Shown: positions 1 through 10,076, counted from the whole stretch's first letter. The stretch is 63,848 nucleotides of DNA, filler included, from Actinomycetota bacterium (GCA_046725875.1; 3 parts of 3 records of this genome joined end to end with filler, not necessarily neighbours in it); one strand, 5' to 3'. Notes: generated by a model from the letters alone, not told the origin. Translations and numbers: made by a program.

Positions 1-551
1 CCGTGCCGGCGGCGCCCCCGGCCGGTCCCACGGACCGATCAGGCACACGTCGAGTAGGCGCATCGCGGGTGACTCCCCCTTCTCGGGACCGCCGGAAACT
101 CTCCGGCGAAATGTCCCAGAAGATCACCCACATAACATGCACGACCGGACGCCTCAGCTTCGGCGTGGCGTGCCGGGTACGGCCGCCGATGATTGCGCAC
201 AGTCACGAGGTACGGACCGCGGTGTTATGAGTCAGGTCGAGACTGCCTGGCATGACCTAGTCATGCCATTGCGAACATGAAGAAACTGACGATCATGTCT
301 TTGACGTGCGGCTTTACGAGCCGCCTCGGTGCGAATCGAACTCCACGACCTACGCATTCGAGGGAACCGTGCGAAAACTCCGAGCGATCCACCAGCACCG
401 ACCCGACACCACACCGCACCTAGCGCCCTAAGCGACCTGCGGGAACGCGGTTCGTCATGCCAGCTGTCATGCCACAGCGCCGCCATTCGCGTCCCGCACG
501 GCTCTGCGCGGTTGATCAGCCTGAGACCCTGGGGACGTGACCAGGTACGCG

Positions 552-1065
552 ATGCCAGCGGAGGCGGCGTCCGCGTTGATGGCCGCGCTGCAAGCACATG
601 GTGTTGCTGCCTGCGTCGGTGGAGGTTGGGCTGTCGACGCGCTGGTGCGCAAGCAGACCCGACCACACCACACGCGGATCTCGACATCTGAATCAATGCA
701 GCCGATACCCAGGTCTTTTCGCAACCTTCGTGGACCAAGGAGTCGATCGGATCTACCCGTGGCCAGGAGACCGTCCGTGGAACTTCGTGGTGCACGACGG
801 AGAGAGTCGGCGCGTGGATCTCCACATGTATGAACTGCTCGGTAACGGTCGGTTGCACTACGGCAGCGTCACAGCACCATTTGAGTTCACCGAGCACGAT
901 CTCTCCGGTCGCGGCGAGATCGCTGGCATGCCGGTGCGGTGCGAACGTCCGGAGTTCGCCCTGCAGAACCGCACCGGATACGAATTGCGGGACACCGACC
1001 GACACGACGTCGCTGTGCTGTGCGGACACTTCGGTATCCAACCGCCCCCTAGCTACCGCCAATGA
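552..1065 (+). pseudogene. Nucleotidyltransferase (aminoglycoside-2''-adenylyltransferase/lincosamide NTase-like), frameshifted
   Basis: GGGWAVDAL..QTRPH in one frame, HADLDI then TGA in a second, and RRVDLH...VRC..PE...GYELRDTDRHDV in a third; a CCACA duplication near 663-672 sits at the first shift. Confidence 0.75.
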
Positions 1066-1199
1066 CGATCAGGACCACGGGGGGGACCTTGAGAACGCCC
1101 CGATCGGCAGATCCGCGTGCTGATGGCGGCATGACCGGACACTCCTTTTGGAGAACTCGTGGGGATCGCAACTCCCGTCGCCGCTTGCCGTCCGGTTGA

Positions 1200-1520
1200 A
1201 TGACAAGCGTGGCCGATGACCTATTCGCAGCGATAGAACACGCCGACGTTGAGCGAGTTCGCCGGCTGCTTGACATGGGTGCGGACATCAACGAATACAA
1301 GGACGGGTGGACACCGCTGCACCACGCCGTCGACATCGAGGTCGACTCCGCCACCCAAACAGGCGACGAGCTTCACGTCGACGTCACCGCGCTACTCATC
1401 GCGAGGGGTGCAGACCCGCATCGCCCTGACACGGAAGGCGTCACTCCACTGCAGGACGCCGAGCGACGTGGCCACTGGCTCGCCGCCGAGATCATGATAG
1501 CGATGCTCCGTCACCGATGA
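1200..1520 (+). CDS. Ankyrin repeat protein
   Basis: GADIN..DGWTPLHHAV and GADP...EGVTPL ankyrin motifs. Confidence 0.85.
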   Translation: MTSVADDLFAAIEHADVERVRRLLDMGADINEYKDGWTPLHHAVDIEVDSATQTGDELHVDVTALLIARGADPHRPDTEGVTPLQDAERRGHWLAAEIMIAMLRHR

Positions 1521-1580
1521 GGGGAGCACCTGACGGGGCGACCAGCGGCAGGTCCGTGCGGGCCGATACCGTGTCGGCTC

Positions 1581-1982
1581 ATGGATCCCAAGGAACGCAT
1601 CCGGGACATCATGAGGTCGATGTCGCATGGCCGGGTCGGGCCGCTCTTCGACGCGATGGCCGAGGACGTCACTTGGCGCTGGATGGGGGTCAGTCAGTGG
1701 TCCAGGACATTTGAGGGCAAGCAGCTGGTGGTGGACACCCTATTCGGAGGAGCGCGGGAAACGCTCAGCCCATCCTCGAGCGTTGAGGTGCAGTACATCC
1801 ACGGTGACGGCGACTTCGTGGTGGTGGAACACTCGGGACGTAACGAGTTGGCTGACGGTCGCAGGTACGACAACAACTACTGCTGGATCTGTCGATTCCA
1901 GGACGGATTCATCCAGGAGGTCCGTGAGTACATGGACACCCTGTTGGTTACCGAGACATTCGGGCCTGATCGGAGCTCGTGA
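1581..1982 (+). CDS. SnoaL/NTF2-like (ketosteroid isomerase-like) protein
   Basis: AEDVTW...GDFVVVE...YDNNYCW..RF.DG.I.EVREYMDT pattern. Confidence 0.85.
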   Translation: MDPKERIRDIMRSMSHGRVGPLFDAMAEDVTWRWMGVSQWSRTFEGKQLVVDTLFGGARETLSPSSSVEVQYIHGDGDFVVVEHSGRNELADGRRYDNNYCWICRFQDGFIQEVREYMDTLLVTETFGPDRSS

Positions 1983-2373
1983 CACGAGCTCGTCCGCTCA
2001 CGTCCTGCTCGAAGCTCGCCGCAGCGGATCCTCGCCGGCTCTTGCGGTCGCCTGGCACGGAAGTGGGCACGCGGTCATTAAGCAAATCCGCATGGACATA
2101 CCGGATTGAGTTCGCACTCTTCTCGGCATGTGCGAGCGTGTCTCGGACAGTCCCGGATCTAGTGTCAAACGCCTGAGGTCGATCCCGCTCCGCCATGTGG
2201 CCGGCTGAGCTGGACATGATGGCCCAACTGGCTGGAATGTGGCTGTGCGAGCGTTGGGAGGATGGCGCCGGGCACCGTTCACCTACGAGAGCACGAAGGA
2301 TGTGTCGTTCTGGGAGAAGCCGCCCGCCTGACCCGGGCGCTCTCCAGAGGCACCATCGACAAGGAGGTGAGAC

Positions 2374-2922
2374 TTGGGAGCAATTCATGTGCATGAGTTC
2401 ATCAGCATCGACGGTGTGATCGATGCGCCGAGCTGGACGTTCGATTACGGCTTCGACCCCAAGATGGGAGAGGCCATCGGCGCGGTCACGACACGTAGCC
2501 GAGGCATCCTGCTCGGGCGCAAGACGTACGAGATGTTCGAGCCGTCATGGTCGACGCGCACCGTCGAGGACGATCCCGGGGCGCCGTTCTTCAACGACAC
2601 CACCAAGTACGTGGTCTCTGCGACGCTCACGACCGCGACATGGCGGAATTCGACGATCATCGGGCCGTACGACCCAGACACGATCCGAAGCCTGAAAGAC
2701 GATGTCGATGGCGACCTCTACGTCAGCGGCAGCGGCATGCTGGTCCGGGCGATGCTCGCCGACGGCCTGGTCGACGAGCTACACCTGTTCGTCTACCCAC
2801 TCACCCGCGGGCCCGGGCCGCGGCTCTTCCCAGAGGATGCCTCGCCCGGCGAGCTGACTCTTGCCGCATGTGAGTCGTACGAGAACGGTGTGGTCTATCT
2901 GGCCTACCAACCGCAGACGTAG
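2374..2922 (+). CDS. Dihydrofolate reductase family (RibD C-terminal domain) protein
   Basis: [43 protein letters not shown] before a TTG start. Confidence 0.9.
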   Translation: MGAIHVHEFISIDGVIDAPSWTFDYGFDPKMGEAIGAVTTRSRGILLGRKTYEMFEPSWSTRTVEDDPGAPFFNDTTKYVVSATLTTATWRNSTIIGPYDPDTIRSLKDDVDGDLYVSGSGMLVRAMLADGLVDELHLFVYPLTRGPGPRLFPEDASPGELTLAACESYENGVVYLAYQPQT

Positions 2923-3004
2923 TTCGTACGACCTTGGCTTCACCGCCGTGCACGAGGCGGGCCACTGGTTCGGGCTTCACCACACGTTCGACGGCGGCTG
3001 CGGA
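2921..3004 (+). pseudogene. Fragment of M43 (pappalysin/ulilysin-like) zinc metalloprotease
   Basis: Translates [25 protein letters not shown] (HExxHxxGxxH); no start and no continuation. Confidence 0.7.
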
Positions 3005-3021
3005 ACTGGACGTCCTCGGAC

Positions 3022-3058
3022 ACGGAAGGGAGGCTCCGCGCCGGAGCCTCCCTTCCGT
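3022..3058. terminator. Perfect 17-bp hairpin between convergent genes
   Basis: ACGGAAGGGAGGCTCCG-cgc-CGGAGCCTCCCTTCCGT. Confidence 0.65.
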
Positions 3059-3283
3059 CCGAATAGTTCGCTCTTGAGGTCTCGGGCAAGGTCGGGTCGC
3101 TCCAAACGATCACCTTGCCCCAATCGAAGATGTGTCGCCTTGACGGCCGACAACCTAGGTAACCCATCGATGAGCCAGCTGATTGACAGTTGACCCAGGT
3201 ACTAGATCACCTGTGGTAGCGCAGCTGCAGCCGAAACGCTTCTAGCGGCCGCGGTTGGGTCGGCACATCGGCGGAAGTCGTTG

Positions 3284-3751
3284 CTATTGACCAGGCCAGA
3301 CCAGCCGCATGTCCGGCTGCTTCTCCTCATTGCCCGAGCCATCGGTCGTCTCGGCGACCAGAAAGCCGTGACGCTCGTAGAACCGCTGCGCGGCGACGTT
3401 GCTCACGAACGTCCACAGCTGAAGACCCGCCGGCGACCGCGCCTTCGCCATCTCGACCAGTCGGGAACCCAACCCCCGTCCGGCCCAAGCTGGATCAACA
3501 TAAAGCTGGTCAATCCAGCCCTGGTCTAGCACCATCACGGCCAGGACGTGGTCCTTCGCATCGACCGTGACCCACACCTCGCGCTGCGGGATCACCGTGG
3601 CCTCGACCCACTGTGCGATCTCTGCGTCGGAGTGGACCGCCGCCGGGATGAGGCCCGCCGCGGCTCGCCGCGAACGGATCAACACATCGGCGACCGCTTT
3701 CGCGTCCTGAAGCCTCGCGCGGCGCAGCACCACCGATCCCACCTCCGCCAC
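3284..3751 (-). CDS. GNAT family N-acetyltransferase
   Basis: IDQLYVDP..AGRGLGSRL, LQLWTFVSN..AQRFYERHGF; GTG start chosen by domain boundary. Confidence 0.85.
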   Translation of the reverse strand: MAEVGSVVLRRARLQDAKAVADVLIRSRRAAAGLIPAAVHSDAEIAQWVEATVIPQREVWVTVDAKDHVLAVMVLDQGWIDQLYVDPAWAGRGLGSRLVEMAKARSPAGLQLWTFVSNVAAQRFYERHGFLVAETTDGSGNEEKQPDMRLVWPGQ

Positions 3752-4048
3752 TATGGATGCATCCTGAGGTCGAGGACGCCGCTGGACAAGGTCGTCGCTT
3801 CCGCCCCGGCGCAACACCAGACGGTGCTCCCTCCCGCCGTGCATGTCCGGCAGGCAGGTGTTCGCGCGCTACTGGCGTTACCCGTACCGCGTGGCGGGCG
3901 CAGGGTGAGTGCCAGCGCCATGTCGATTCCGGTCAGCACGACGCAGGTTAGGAATGCGGACTGGAAACTTGGTCAGCACGACGAGCGGGTTCGCCGCCGA
4001 GCGCGCATGACCGCACATTGAGCTGGCGCGACTTGCCCATGTGGTCGG

Positions 4049-4873
4049 TCAGGAGCTTAGGAACGCCAGGAGGTCAGCGTTGATGGTTTGAGCCTGCGTG
4101 GTCGGCATGCCGTGCGGGAATCCTGCGTATGTCTTGAGCGTCCCGTTCGGCAGGAGCTTCGCCGTCAGCGGTGCCGAATCCGCGTACGGCACGATCTGGT
4201 CATCGTCGCCGTGCATCACGAGGACCGGCACCGTGATCTTCTTGAGATCCTCGGTGAAGTCCGTTTGCGAGAAGGCCACGATGCCGTCGTATTGCGGCTT
4301 CGCTCCGCCCATCATGCCTTGGCGCCACCAGTTCTCGATGATCGCTTCCGAGGACTGCACGCCCGGTCGGTTGAAGCCATAAAACGGTCCCGAGGGGAGG
4401 GCCCGGTAAAACTCCGATCGGTTCGCGGCCAGCTGAGCCTGCAGGTCGTCGAAGACGCTTTTCGGGAGACCCCCAGGGTTTGCCTCGGTCTGGACCATGA
4501 CCGGCGGCACGGCACTGATCAGCACCGCCTTCGCGACACGGCTCTCACCATGCCGGGCGAGGTAGCGCACCACCTCGCCGCCACCGGTGGAATGCCCGAC
4601 GTGGATGGCGTCCTGAAGATCGAGATAGCCGGTCACCGCAGCCAGGTCGTCAGCGTAGTGGTCCATGTCATGCCCGTCGCTCGTCTGCGTTGACCGTCCA
4701 TGCCCCCGACGATCATGCGCGATGACGCGATAGCCGTTCTGCAGAAAGAACAGCATCTGGGTGTCCCAGTCATCGCTGGACAGCGGCCAGCCGTGGCTGA
4801 AGACGATCGGTTGGCCCGAGCCCCAGTCCTTGAAGAAGATCTCCGTGCCATCAGTCGTGGTGATCGTTCCCAT
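4049..4873 (-). CDS. cpo: Non-heme chloroperoxidase/perhydrolase (alpha/beta hydrolase)
   Basis: [26 protein letters not shown] nucleophile elbow, [12 protein letters not shown]. Confidence 0.92.
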   Translation of the reverse strand: MGTITTTDGTEIFFKDWGSGQPIVFSHGWPLSSDDWDTQMLFFLQNGYRVIAHDRRGHGRSTQTSDGHDMDHYADDLAAVTGYLDLQDAIHVGHSTGGGEVVRYLARHGESRVAKAVLISAVPPVMVQTEANPGGLPKSVFDDLQAQLAANRSEFYRALPSGPFYGFNRPGVQSSEAIIENWWRQGMMGGAKPQYDGIVAFSQTDFTEDLKKITVPVLVMHGDDDQIVPYADSAPLTAKLLPNGTLKTYAGFPHGMPTTQAQTINADLLAFLSS

Positions 4874-5211
4874 GCCCCGTCCCCCGCTCCCGTAGAGCGC
4901 AGAATGACGCCTCGGCCTCGCGCACTGGCAGCCTAGCCAGGTCCATCGGCCTTGATGTGCGTCCGATCTGAAACCCCTCAAACGGAGTACGAACCAGCGG
5001 TGATCAGCTCGGCCGAGGAATTTCTCCCCTCCTCAAGCCGGCTCGCTGCACTCGCCGCGCGGGGCGACGGTCACGAGGCCGACCTAGGTCGAGCAGCACC
5101 TGGTGCTACTCCGAACGTGGTCACGAGCGATGTGCCATGTAGTTGTCGTCGACCGGCACGAGCAGCCCGTCCTCTGAGACCACACGTCGAGCGAGCGCAC
5201 CAGTCTGCCCC

Positions 5212-5261
5212 GGTGCCCCAGGCGGGAGTTGAACCCGCTATCCGCCGCTTTAGAGGCGGCG
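5212..5261 (-). tRNA. 3' half of a tRNA-like gene with CUA anticodon (5' half absent; pseudo-tRNA or att-like remnant)
   Basis: Minus strand: CGCCGC-CTCTAAA-GCGGCG anticodon arm, GCGGG-TTCAACT-CCCGC T-arm, CTGGGGC-A-CC acceptor 3' strand; no matching 5' acceptor or D-arm upstream. Confidence 0.6.
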
Positions 5262-5361
5262 TGCCGGCAAAGATGTTGGAGTTGCCGAACGCGTAAGCGG
5301 GCATCGGTTGTGGAGCTCCGGCCGAACGTGGCGGAGGGTGCCTGAAGCGCGTCGGTGTCTC

Positions 5362-6879
5362 TCAGTCGCCCGCGGGTGCCGGTGAAGGCTCGAGTTCGAT
5401 TTGCTCCGGTGCGGTGGCGCGCGGCCTGCCGAGCAGCAGGAGCGCCAGTGCCACGCCGATCCCGGCCAGAAAAACGCAGGCCAGGAAGGCGGACTGAAAG
5501 CCCTCGTTGAGCACGATGAGCGCGTTCGCTCCGTCGTTCGCCGCCAGGAAGTCTTCGGAGCGGGAGACAGCAACCGTTGTCACAATGGCAACCCCGAGCG
5601 CGGCGCCGATCTGGAACGCTGTGTTGCTGAGGCCCGAGGCGAGCCCGGACTCGTGCTCGGCGACGCCTGAGAGGGCGGCCACCGTTGCGGTGACGAAAGC
5701 GGGACCGATGCCGGCCCCGTAGACGATGAGGCCGAAGAGCATGTCGCCGACGTAGCTGCCGCCAGCTGAGACCTGGGTGAGGACGAACGCCCCTCCTGCG
5801 AGCAGCACCATGCCCGTCGTGGCGACCGTCCTGAAGCCAATCCTGAGCACGACCGCTTGGCTGACGATCGAGCCGAATGCCGCCATGACGGTGAAGACGG
5901 CGGTGCCGAGCCCGAACTCGATGGCCGAGTAGCCAAGCACCTGTTGGGCGTAGAGCGTGAGGATGAACGGCGTTCCAAAGGCGACGGTGCCGAAGAGGAG
6001 CATCACGAGGTTTGCCCCGACGAGGGTTCGCGAGCGGAGGAGGCGGAGCGGCAAGAGCGGCGCGTGGTGGCGCGACTCGATCAGCGCGAACGCGGTGAGG
6101 AGTACGGCCGAACCGGCGACAAGGAGCAGCGTCTGGGCATCTCCCCAGCCGACACCGGGCGCCTCGACGACTGCGTAGACGAGCAGGACGAGCGCGCCAG
6201 TGATCGTCAGCGCGCCGGTGGGGTCATAACTTCGCCGCGCCAGGGTTGCCCGGCTCTCCCCCAGGAGCACGGGCGAGAACGCGAGCGCGGCCAGGCCGAG
6301 GGGGATGTTGATGAAGAAGATCCACTCCCAGCCGGGGCCCTCGACGAGCGGGCCGCCGATTAGCCACGCCGCGGTGGCGCCAGTAGCGCCCATCATGCTC
6401 CAGATCCCGAGCGCCTTGTTCCGCTCGGAGCCCTCGGGGAAGGTCGTGGAGATGATCGAGAGCGCGGTCGGGGTCATGATCGCGGCACCCACGCCTTGGA
6501 CCGCGCGAGCTGCAATGAGCGCCGCCGGCGACCAAGCGAGCCCGCAGACGAGCGAGGCGATGGTGAAGAAGAGGACGCCGACGACGAACATCCGCCGGCG
6601 CCCCAGCAGGTCGGCCGCGCGCCCTCCAAGCAGCAGCAGGCCGGCGAAAGTGAGGGCGTAGGCGCTGATCACCCACTGCAGCCCCTGCTCCGTGAAGCCA
6701 AGGTCCGCCTCGATCGAAGGAAGGGCGACGAGCACGATCGCGGCGTCGAGGATCACCATCAAGAAGGCACCGCAGAGGAGGGCGAGTGCCCGCCACCGGC
6801 GGGGATCGAGAGCCGGTGCAGCCGACAGGCGCAGGACCGGCGCGGACGACTCTGTGTTATCAGGGAGTGCTTTCATCAT
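5362..6879 (-). CDS. MFS transporter, DHA2 (EmrB/QacA-like) family
   Basis: LDAAIVLVALP, WVISAY.L.FAGLLLLGGRAADLLGRRR, about 14 hydrophobic segments; ATG at 6879 after GGAG. Confidence 0.92.
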   Translation of the reverse strand: MMKALPDNTESSAPVLRLSAAPALDPRRWRALALLCGAFLMVILDAAIVLVALPSIEADLGFTEQGLQWVISAYALTFAGLLLLGGRAADLLGRRRMFVVGVLFFTIASLVCGLAWSPAALIAARAVQGVGAAIMTPTALSIISTTFPEGSERNKALGIWSMMGATGATAAWLIGGPLVEGPGWEWIFFINIPLGLAALAFSPVLLGESRATLARRSYDPTGALTITGALVLLVYAVVEAPGVGWGDAQTLLLVAGSAVLLTAFALIESRHHAPLLPLRLLRSRTLVGANLVMLLFGTVAFGTPFILTLYAQQVLGYSAIEFGLGTAVFTVMAAFGSIVSQAVVLRIGFRTVATTGMVLLAGGAFVLTQVSAGGSYVGDMLFGLIVYGAGIGPAFVTATVAALSGVAEHESGLASGLSNTAFQIGAALGVAIVTTVAVSRSEDFLAANDGANALIVLNEGFQSAFLACVFLAGIGVALALLLLGRPRATAPEQIELEPSPAPAGD

Positions 6880-6907
6880 CAGCTCCGAGGTCGTTTCAGC
6901 GGTCGCA

Positions 6908-6938
6908 ATACGATCCGGCGTCGCGCCGAAACTCATCG
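6908..6938 (-). promoter_or_regulatory. Candidate ECF (SigG-like) promoter for the MFS gene
   Basis: CGATGA-N18-ATCGTAT; same motif at 7101 and 8494. Confidence 0.6.
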
Positions 6939-7100
6939 GTCACGCGCGGCCGCGCTCGGGAGACGGCGCCGAACGATGACCTCGGCGCGGAGACTGAGCT
7001 GTCATGCTCCTGGCGGATCGAATGAGGTGACCGAACCCGCCGGCAGGCGGGCAGAGGTCCGGACACGAGGAGGCGGTCTCGACCAGCGCTCGGGCTGGAC

Positions 7101-7131
7101 CGATGAGTTTCCGAACCCACTCGGATCACAC
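7101..7131 (+). promoter_or_regulatory. Candidate autoregulatory ECF (SigG-like) promoter
   Basis: CGATGA-N18-ATCACAC about 60 nt upstream of the sigma ATG. Confidence 0.6.
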
Positions 7132-7193
7132 CCGTGCCACCGTCGGGTCGAGCGCGAGGCCGATCGGCGATCGAAGGGAGTGGAGCCACGGCA

Positions 7194-8198
7194 ATGAACG
7201 CAATGGAGGAGCAAATCGTCAGTGCGGCGATCGCCGGAGACGAGGCTGCGTTCACGCAGCTCGTCGAACGCCACCGCGGCGAGCTCCAGGTTCATGCCTA
7301 CCGGATGCTTGGCTCACTCGAGGACGCGCAGGACGCGCTCCAGGAGACCTTCCTCCGAGCGTGGACCGGGCGGGCGACGTACCGCGGGCAGTCGACCTTC
7401 CGCGCCTGGCTGTACCGCATCACCACGAACGCCTGCCTGAGAATCCTTGAGCGCCGGCCTCGCCGTCTAGTGCCGTACGACGCCGGCCCCGCCGCCAAAC
7501 TCGGCGCCCGTCCGCAGCCGCCGGCCGACCTACCGTGGCTTCAGCCCTACCCCGATCTCCTTATCGAAGAGACCCCCGGGCCCGCGGACGTGGTCGTCGC
7601 GCGAGAGACGATCGAGCTCGCGTTTCTCGCCGCGATCCAGCATCTTCCGCCGCGCCAGCGTGCGGTCCTGATCCTGCGGGACGCGCTCGACTGGTCGGCA
7701 AACGAGACCGCCGCGGTGCTCGAGATGAGCGTCGCCGCCGTAAACAGCGCGCTGCAACGGGCGCGGGCGACGATGAAGGAGCGGCTCCCGGCACGGCTCG
7801 AGTGGGCGGCGACCGCCGACGCCGAGGATGCCGAGCGGTCGCTCCTCCAGACGTACATGGATGCGTGGGAGCGACACGACGCGGCCCAGCTCGTGGCGCT
7901 CCTTCGCGAGGACGTGCGGATGGCGATGCCCCCCCACCCGACCTGGTACGAGGGCCGCGAGGCGGTCGCCGCTTTCCTCGCCGGCGTCGCGTTCGCGCCG
8001 GGATCGCAGGCGCACCGGTTCGTGCCGACCCGTGCGAACAGGCAACCGGCGTTCGGCGTCTACCGGGGCGACGGCGCCGACGCCAGACCGTTCGCGATCC
8101 ATCCGGTCGTGATCGAGTCCGGCCTGATCGCGGCCATGGACTTCTTCCTCTACCCCGAGCTCTTCCCGGCCTTCGGCCTCCCGGAAACGCTGCGATGA
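7194..8198 (+). CDS. ECF sigma-70 factor with SnoaL-like C-terminal extension (SigG/ECF56-like)
   Basis: YRMLGSLEDAQDALQETFLRAW, WLYRITTNACL, LPPRQRAVLILRD.LDWSA.ETA, then REDV.MAMPP..TRANRQPAF. Confidence 0.92.
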   Translation: MNAMEEQIVSAAIAGDEAAFTQLVERHRGELQVHAYRMLGSLEDAQDALQETFLRAWTGRATYRGQSTFRAWLYRITTNACLRILERRPRRLVPYDAGPAAKLGARPQPPADLPWLQPYPDLLIEETPGPADVVVARETIELAFLAAIQHLPPRQRAVLILRDALDWSANETAAVLEMSVAAVNSALQRARATMKERLPARLEWAATADAEDAERSLLQTYMDAWERHDAAQLVALLREDVRMAMPPHPTWYEGREAVAAFLAGVAFAPGSQAHRFVPTRANRQPAFGVYRGDGADARPFAIHPVVIESGLIAAMDFFLYPELFPAFGLPETLR

Positions 8199-8572
8199 CC
8201 GCCGACCAAAGCGCCTACTCGCTGTTTCCCGATCCGCTCCCGGACGGCTTCTCCAGACGCGTCTTCCAAGGTGCTCCCGGGCGAGAGCTCGGCTTGGAGC
8301 CGGCCAGCCTGCCCGACGCCATCGTGGTCGTCGATCAGGGCGAGCTCGAACTCGAATGCCGGGCCGGCACGTGCCAGCGCTTCGGGCCCGGCTCCATGAT
8401 CCCGATCGCAAGGCTCCCGGTAGCCCACCTCCGCAATGTTGGTCCCGGCCGGCTCGTCCTCGTCGCCGTCTGGCGAGCGCCACGGCCAGCGACCGATGGG
8501 TTCCGGCCCGACGCCGGATCACACCACGACCGCCGAAATACCCCTAACGGTGATGATGAACGTACTCCTTGA
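8195..8572 (+). CDS. Small cupin-like protein, translationally coupled to the sigma gene
   Basis: ATGA overlap with the sigma stop; DAIVVVDQGELELEC..FGPGS...HLRNVG..RLVLVAV beta-barrel pattern. Confidence 0.6.
   Translation: MTADQSAYSLFPDPLPDGFSRRVFQGAPGRELGLEPASLPDAIVVVDQGELELECRAGTCQRFGPGSMIPIARLPVAHLRNVGPGRLVLVAVWRAPRPATDGFRPDAGSHHDRRNTPNGDDERTP
8494..8524 (+). promoter_or_regulatory. Third copy of the candidate ECF promoter
   Basis: CGATGG-N18-ATCACAC inside the cupin 3' end. Confidence 0.5.
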
Positions 8573-8653
8573 CAAGACTGCGTCTCGACGCAGGTTCCTC
8601 CGGCGGGTCGAGGGCCCCGGTGAACATAGTCGGCCCGGGCGCTGCCCCGGCGG

Positions 8654-8815
8654 CTGTACCGCCCGTACGAGTACTTCTTCGCCGGTCTCGCAATGAGCGC
8701 AATGGCGCTATCTTCGCCGGGACGATGGGGCTGATCCGGCGTCGCGTTGGATCAGCTCGGCGGCTGGGACGAGTGTGCATCACCGAGGACGCCGAGCTGT
8801 CGCTGCGGCTGCTTA
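8654..8815 (+). pseudogene. GT2 (cellulose synthase-like) glycosyltransferase fragment with frameshifts
   Basis: Across frames: YEYFFA / SRNERNGAIFAGTMGLIRR / DQLGGWDE / CITEDAELSLRLL (TED motif). Confidence 0.7.
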
Positions 8816-9029
8816 GTCTCCTCGTTGGTGCGGGCACGGCGACGGGTCAAGAAGGGCCTCGTTCTCCTGCTCCGTCAGCCAGGCGATGCCGTCGGGGTTC
8901 CCGCCGTACCAGAAGCACTCCGAGAACCAGCCCTCATATCCCTGCTGGCTCACCGAGTCACAGTGCCCGGAGATTGCGCCGTGGATGACCGGACCGATCC
9001 GACTTGGGCCCCCAACGGCGGCTATCGCG

Positions 9030-10076
9030 CTACCTTGCCTCGCGGCTGCGTGGCGGGTTCTCTCCCGGAAGGTGGTCGGGCAGGCCGAACCGCTGGAAGA
9101 CGCCGGGCATCATAAACGCGGTCATCGCCTTCACCCGGGCGCCCTCCAGGGTGAGCACCTCGAGCGCCTCCGCCACGTAGCTGCCCGTCTGCGCGTCCCA
9201 GCGGTAGGCCGCGTTCGCTGGCTGGCCGTTCGCCCGAGTCGGCAGGTAGCGATGGACGGGCTGGGCGGCAAAGGCGGCGATGACCTCCCGACCGCGCCAC
9301 CAGGTCGGATACGGCGGCATCGCGAACGTGGCGTCCTTCGCGAGCATGGCCGCGAGCGCGTCGATGTCGCCCCGCCCCCAGGCGTCGAGGTAGCCCGCCA
9401 CGATCGCGCGGACCCGCTCGTCGCCGAGCGCGCGCAGGGTCGCCTGCTGGCTGCGCGCCGGCATCCGCTGGTCGACCCGCCGCCGCGCCCGCTGCAGCGC
9501 ACTGTTCACCGCCGCGACCGTGGTGTCCAGCGTCTCCGCGGTCTGTCTGGACGAGAAGCCGAGCACGTCGCGGAGCAGGAGCACGGCCCGTTGCGAGGCC
9601 GGCAGATGCTGCAGCGCCGCGATAAACGCGAGCTCAACGGCCTCCCGCTGCTCGTACCGAGCCTCCGGCGAGGCGTACCCATCTGCCAGCCGGAGGGCCT
9701 CGTCCGGGTACGGCTCCACCCAGACCGGTTCAGCTAGCGGTTCCCCCGGTTCGTCGCTCGGGCGAGCGGGACGGCCGTGCTCGATCGGCAGCCCCCGGCG
9801 GCGCCTGTGCCCAAGCGCGTCCAGGCAGACGTTGGTCGCGATCCGGTACAGCCAGGGGCGCAGCCGCTCGGGTCCCCGGAACCGCGGCAGCGCGCGCCAG
9901 GCCCGCAACAGGGTCTCTTGCAGCGCATCATCGGCATCGAACAACGAGCCCAGCATCCGGTAGCAGTGCGCGTGAATCGCCCCGCGGTAAGGCTCGACCA
10001 GGCGGCCGAACGCGTCGGCGTCCCCCCGGCGGACGGCGTCCAGAAGCCCGGACTCCGGCACCTCATGCCCGGCCAC
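9030..10076 (-). CDS. Second ECF sigma-70 factor with SnoaL-like extension (SigG/ECF56-like)
   Basis: HCYRMLGS.FDADDALQETLLRAW, WLYRIATNVCLD, EAVELAFIAALQHLP, DATFAMPP, TRANGQPA. Confidence 0.92.
   Translation of the reverse strand: MAGHEVPESGLLDAVRRGDADAFGRLVEPYRGAIHAHCYRMLGSLFDADDALQETLLRAWRALPRFRGPERLRPWLYRIATNVCLDALGHRRRRGLPIEHGRPARPSDEPGEPLAEPVWVEPYPDEALRLADGYASPEARYEQREAVELAFIAALQHLPASQRAVLLLRDVLGFSSRQTAETLDTTVAAVNSALQRARRRVDQRMPARSQQATLRALGDERVRAIVAGYLDAWGRGDIDALAAMLAKDATFAMPPYPTWWRGREVIAAFAAQPVHRYLPTRANGQPANAAYRWDAQTGSYVAEALEVLTLEGARVKAMTAFMMPGVFQRFGLPDHLPGENPPRSREAR

Noticed and set aside
3880..3960. GIDMALAL, DJ-1/PfpI-like motif on the minus strand
   Set aside because: Too short and flanks do not match; cannot be supported
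5212..5261. Functional pyrrolysine or amber-suppression system
   Set aside because: Only half a tRNA; no pylS/pylBCD and no convincing in-frame TAG readthrough gene in the window
8553..8610. SRRRFL as a Tat signal peptide
   Set aside because: No hydrophobic region follows; better explained as the truncated start of an MFS-paralogous gene
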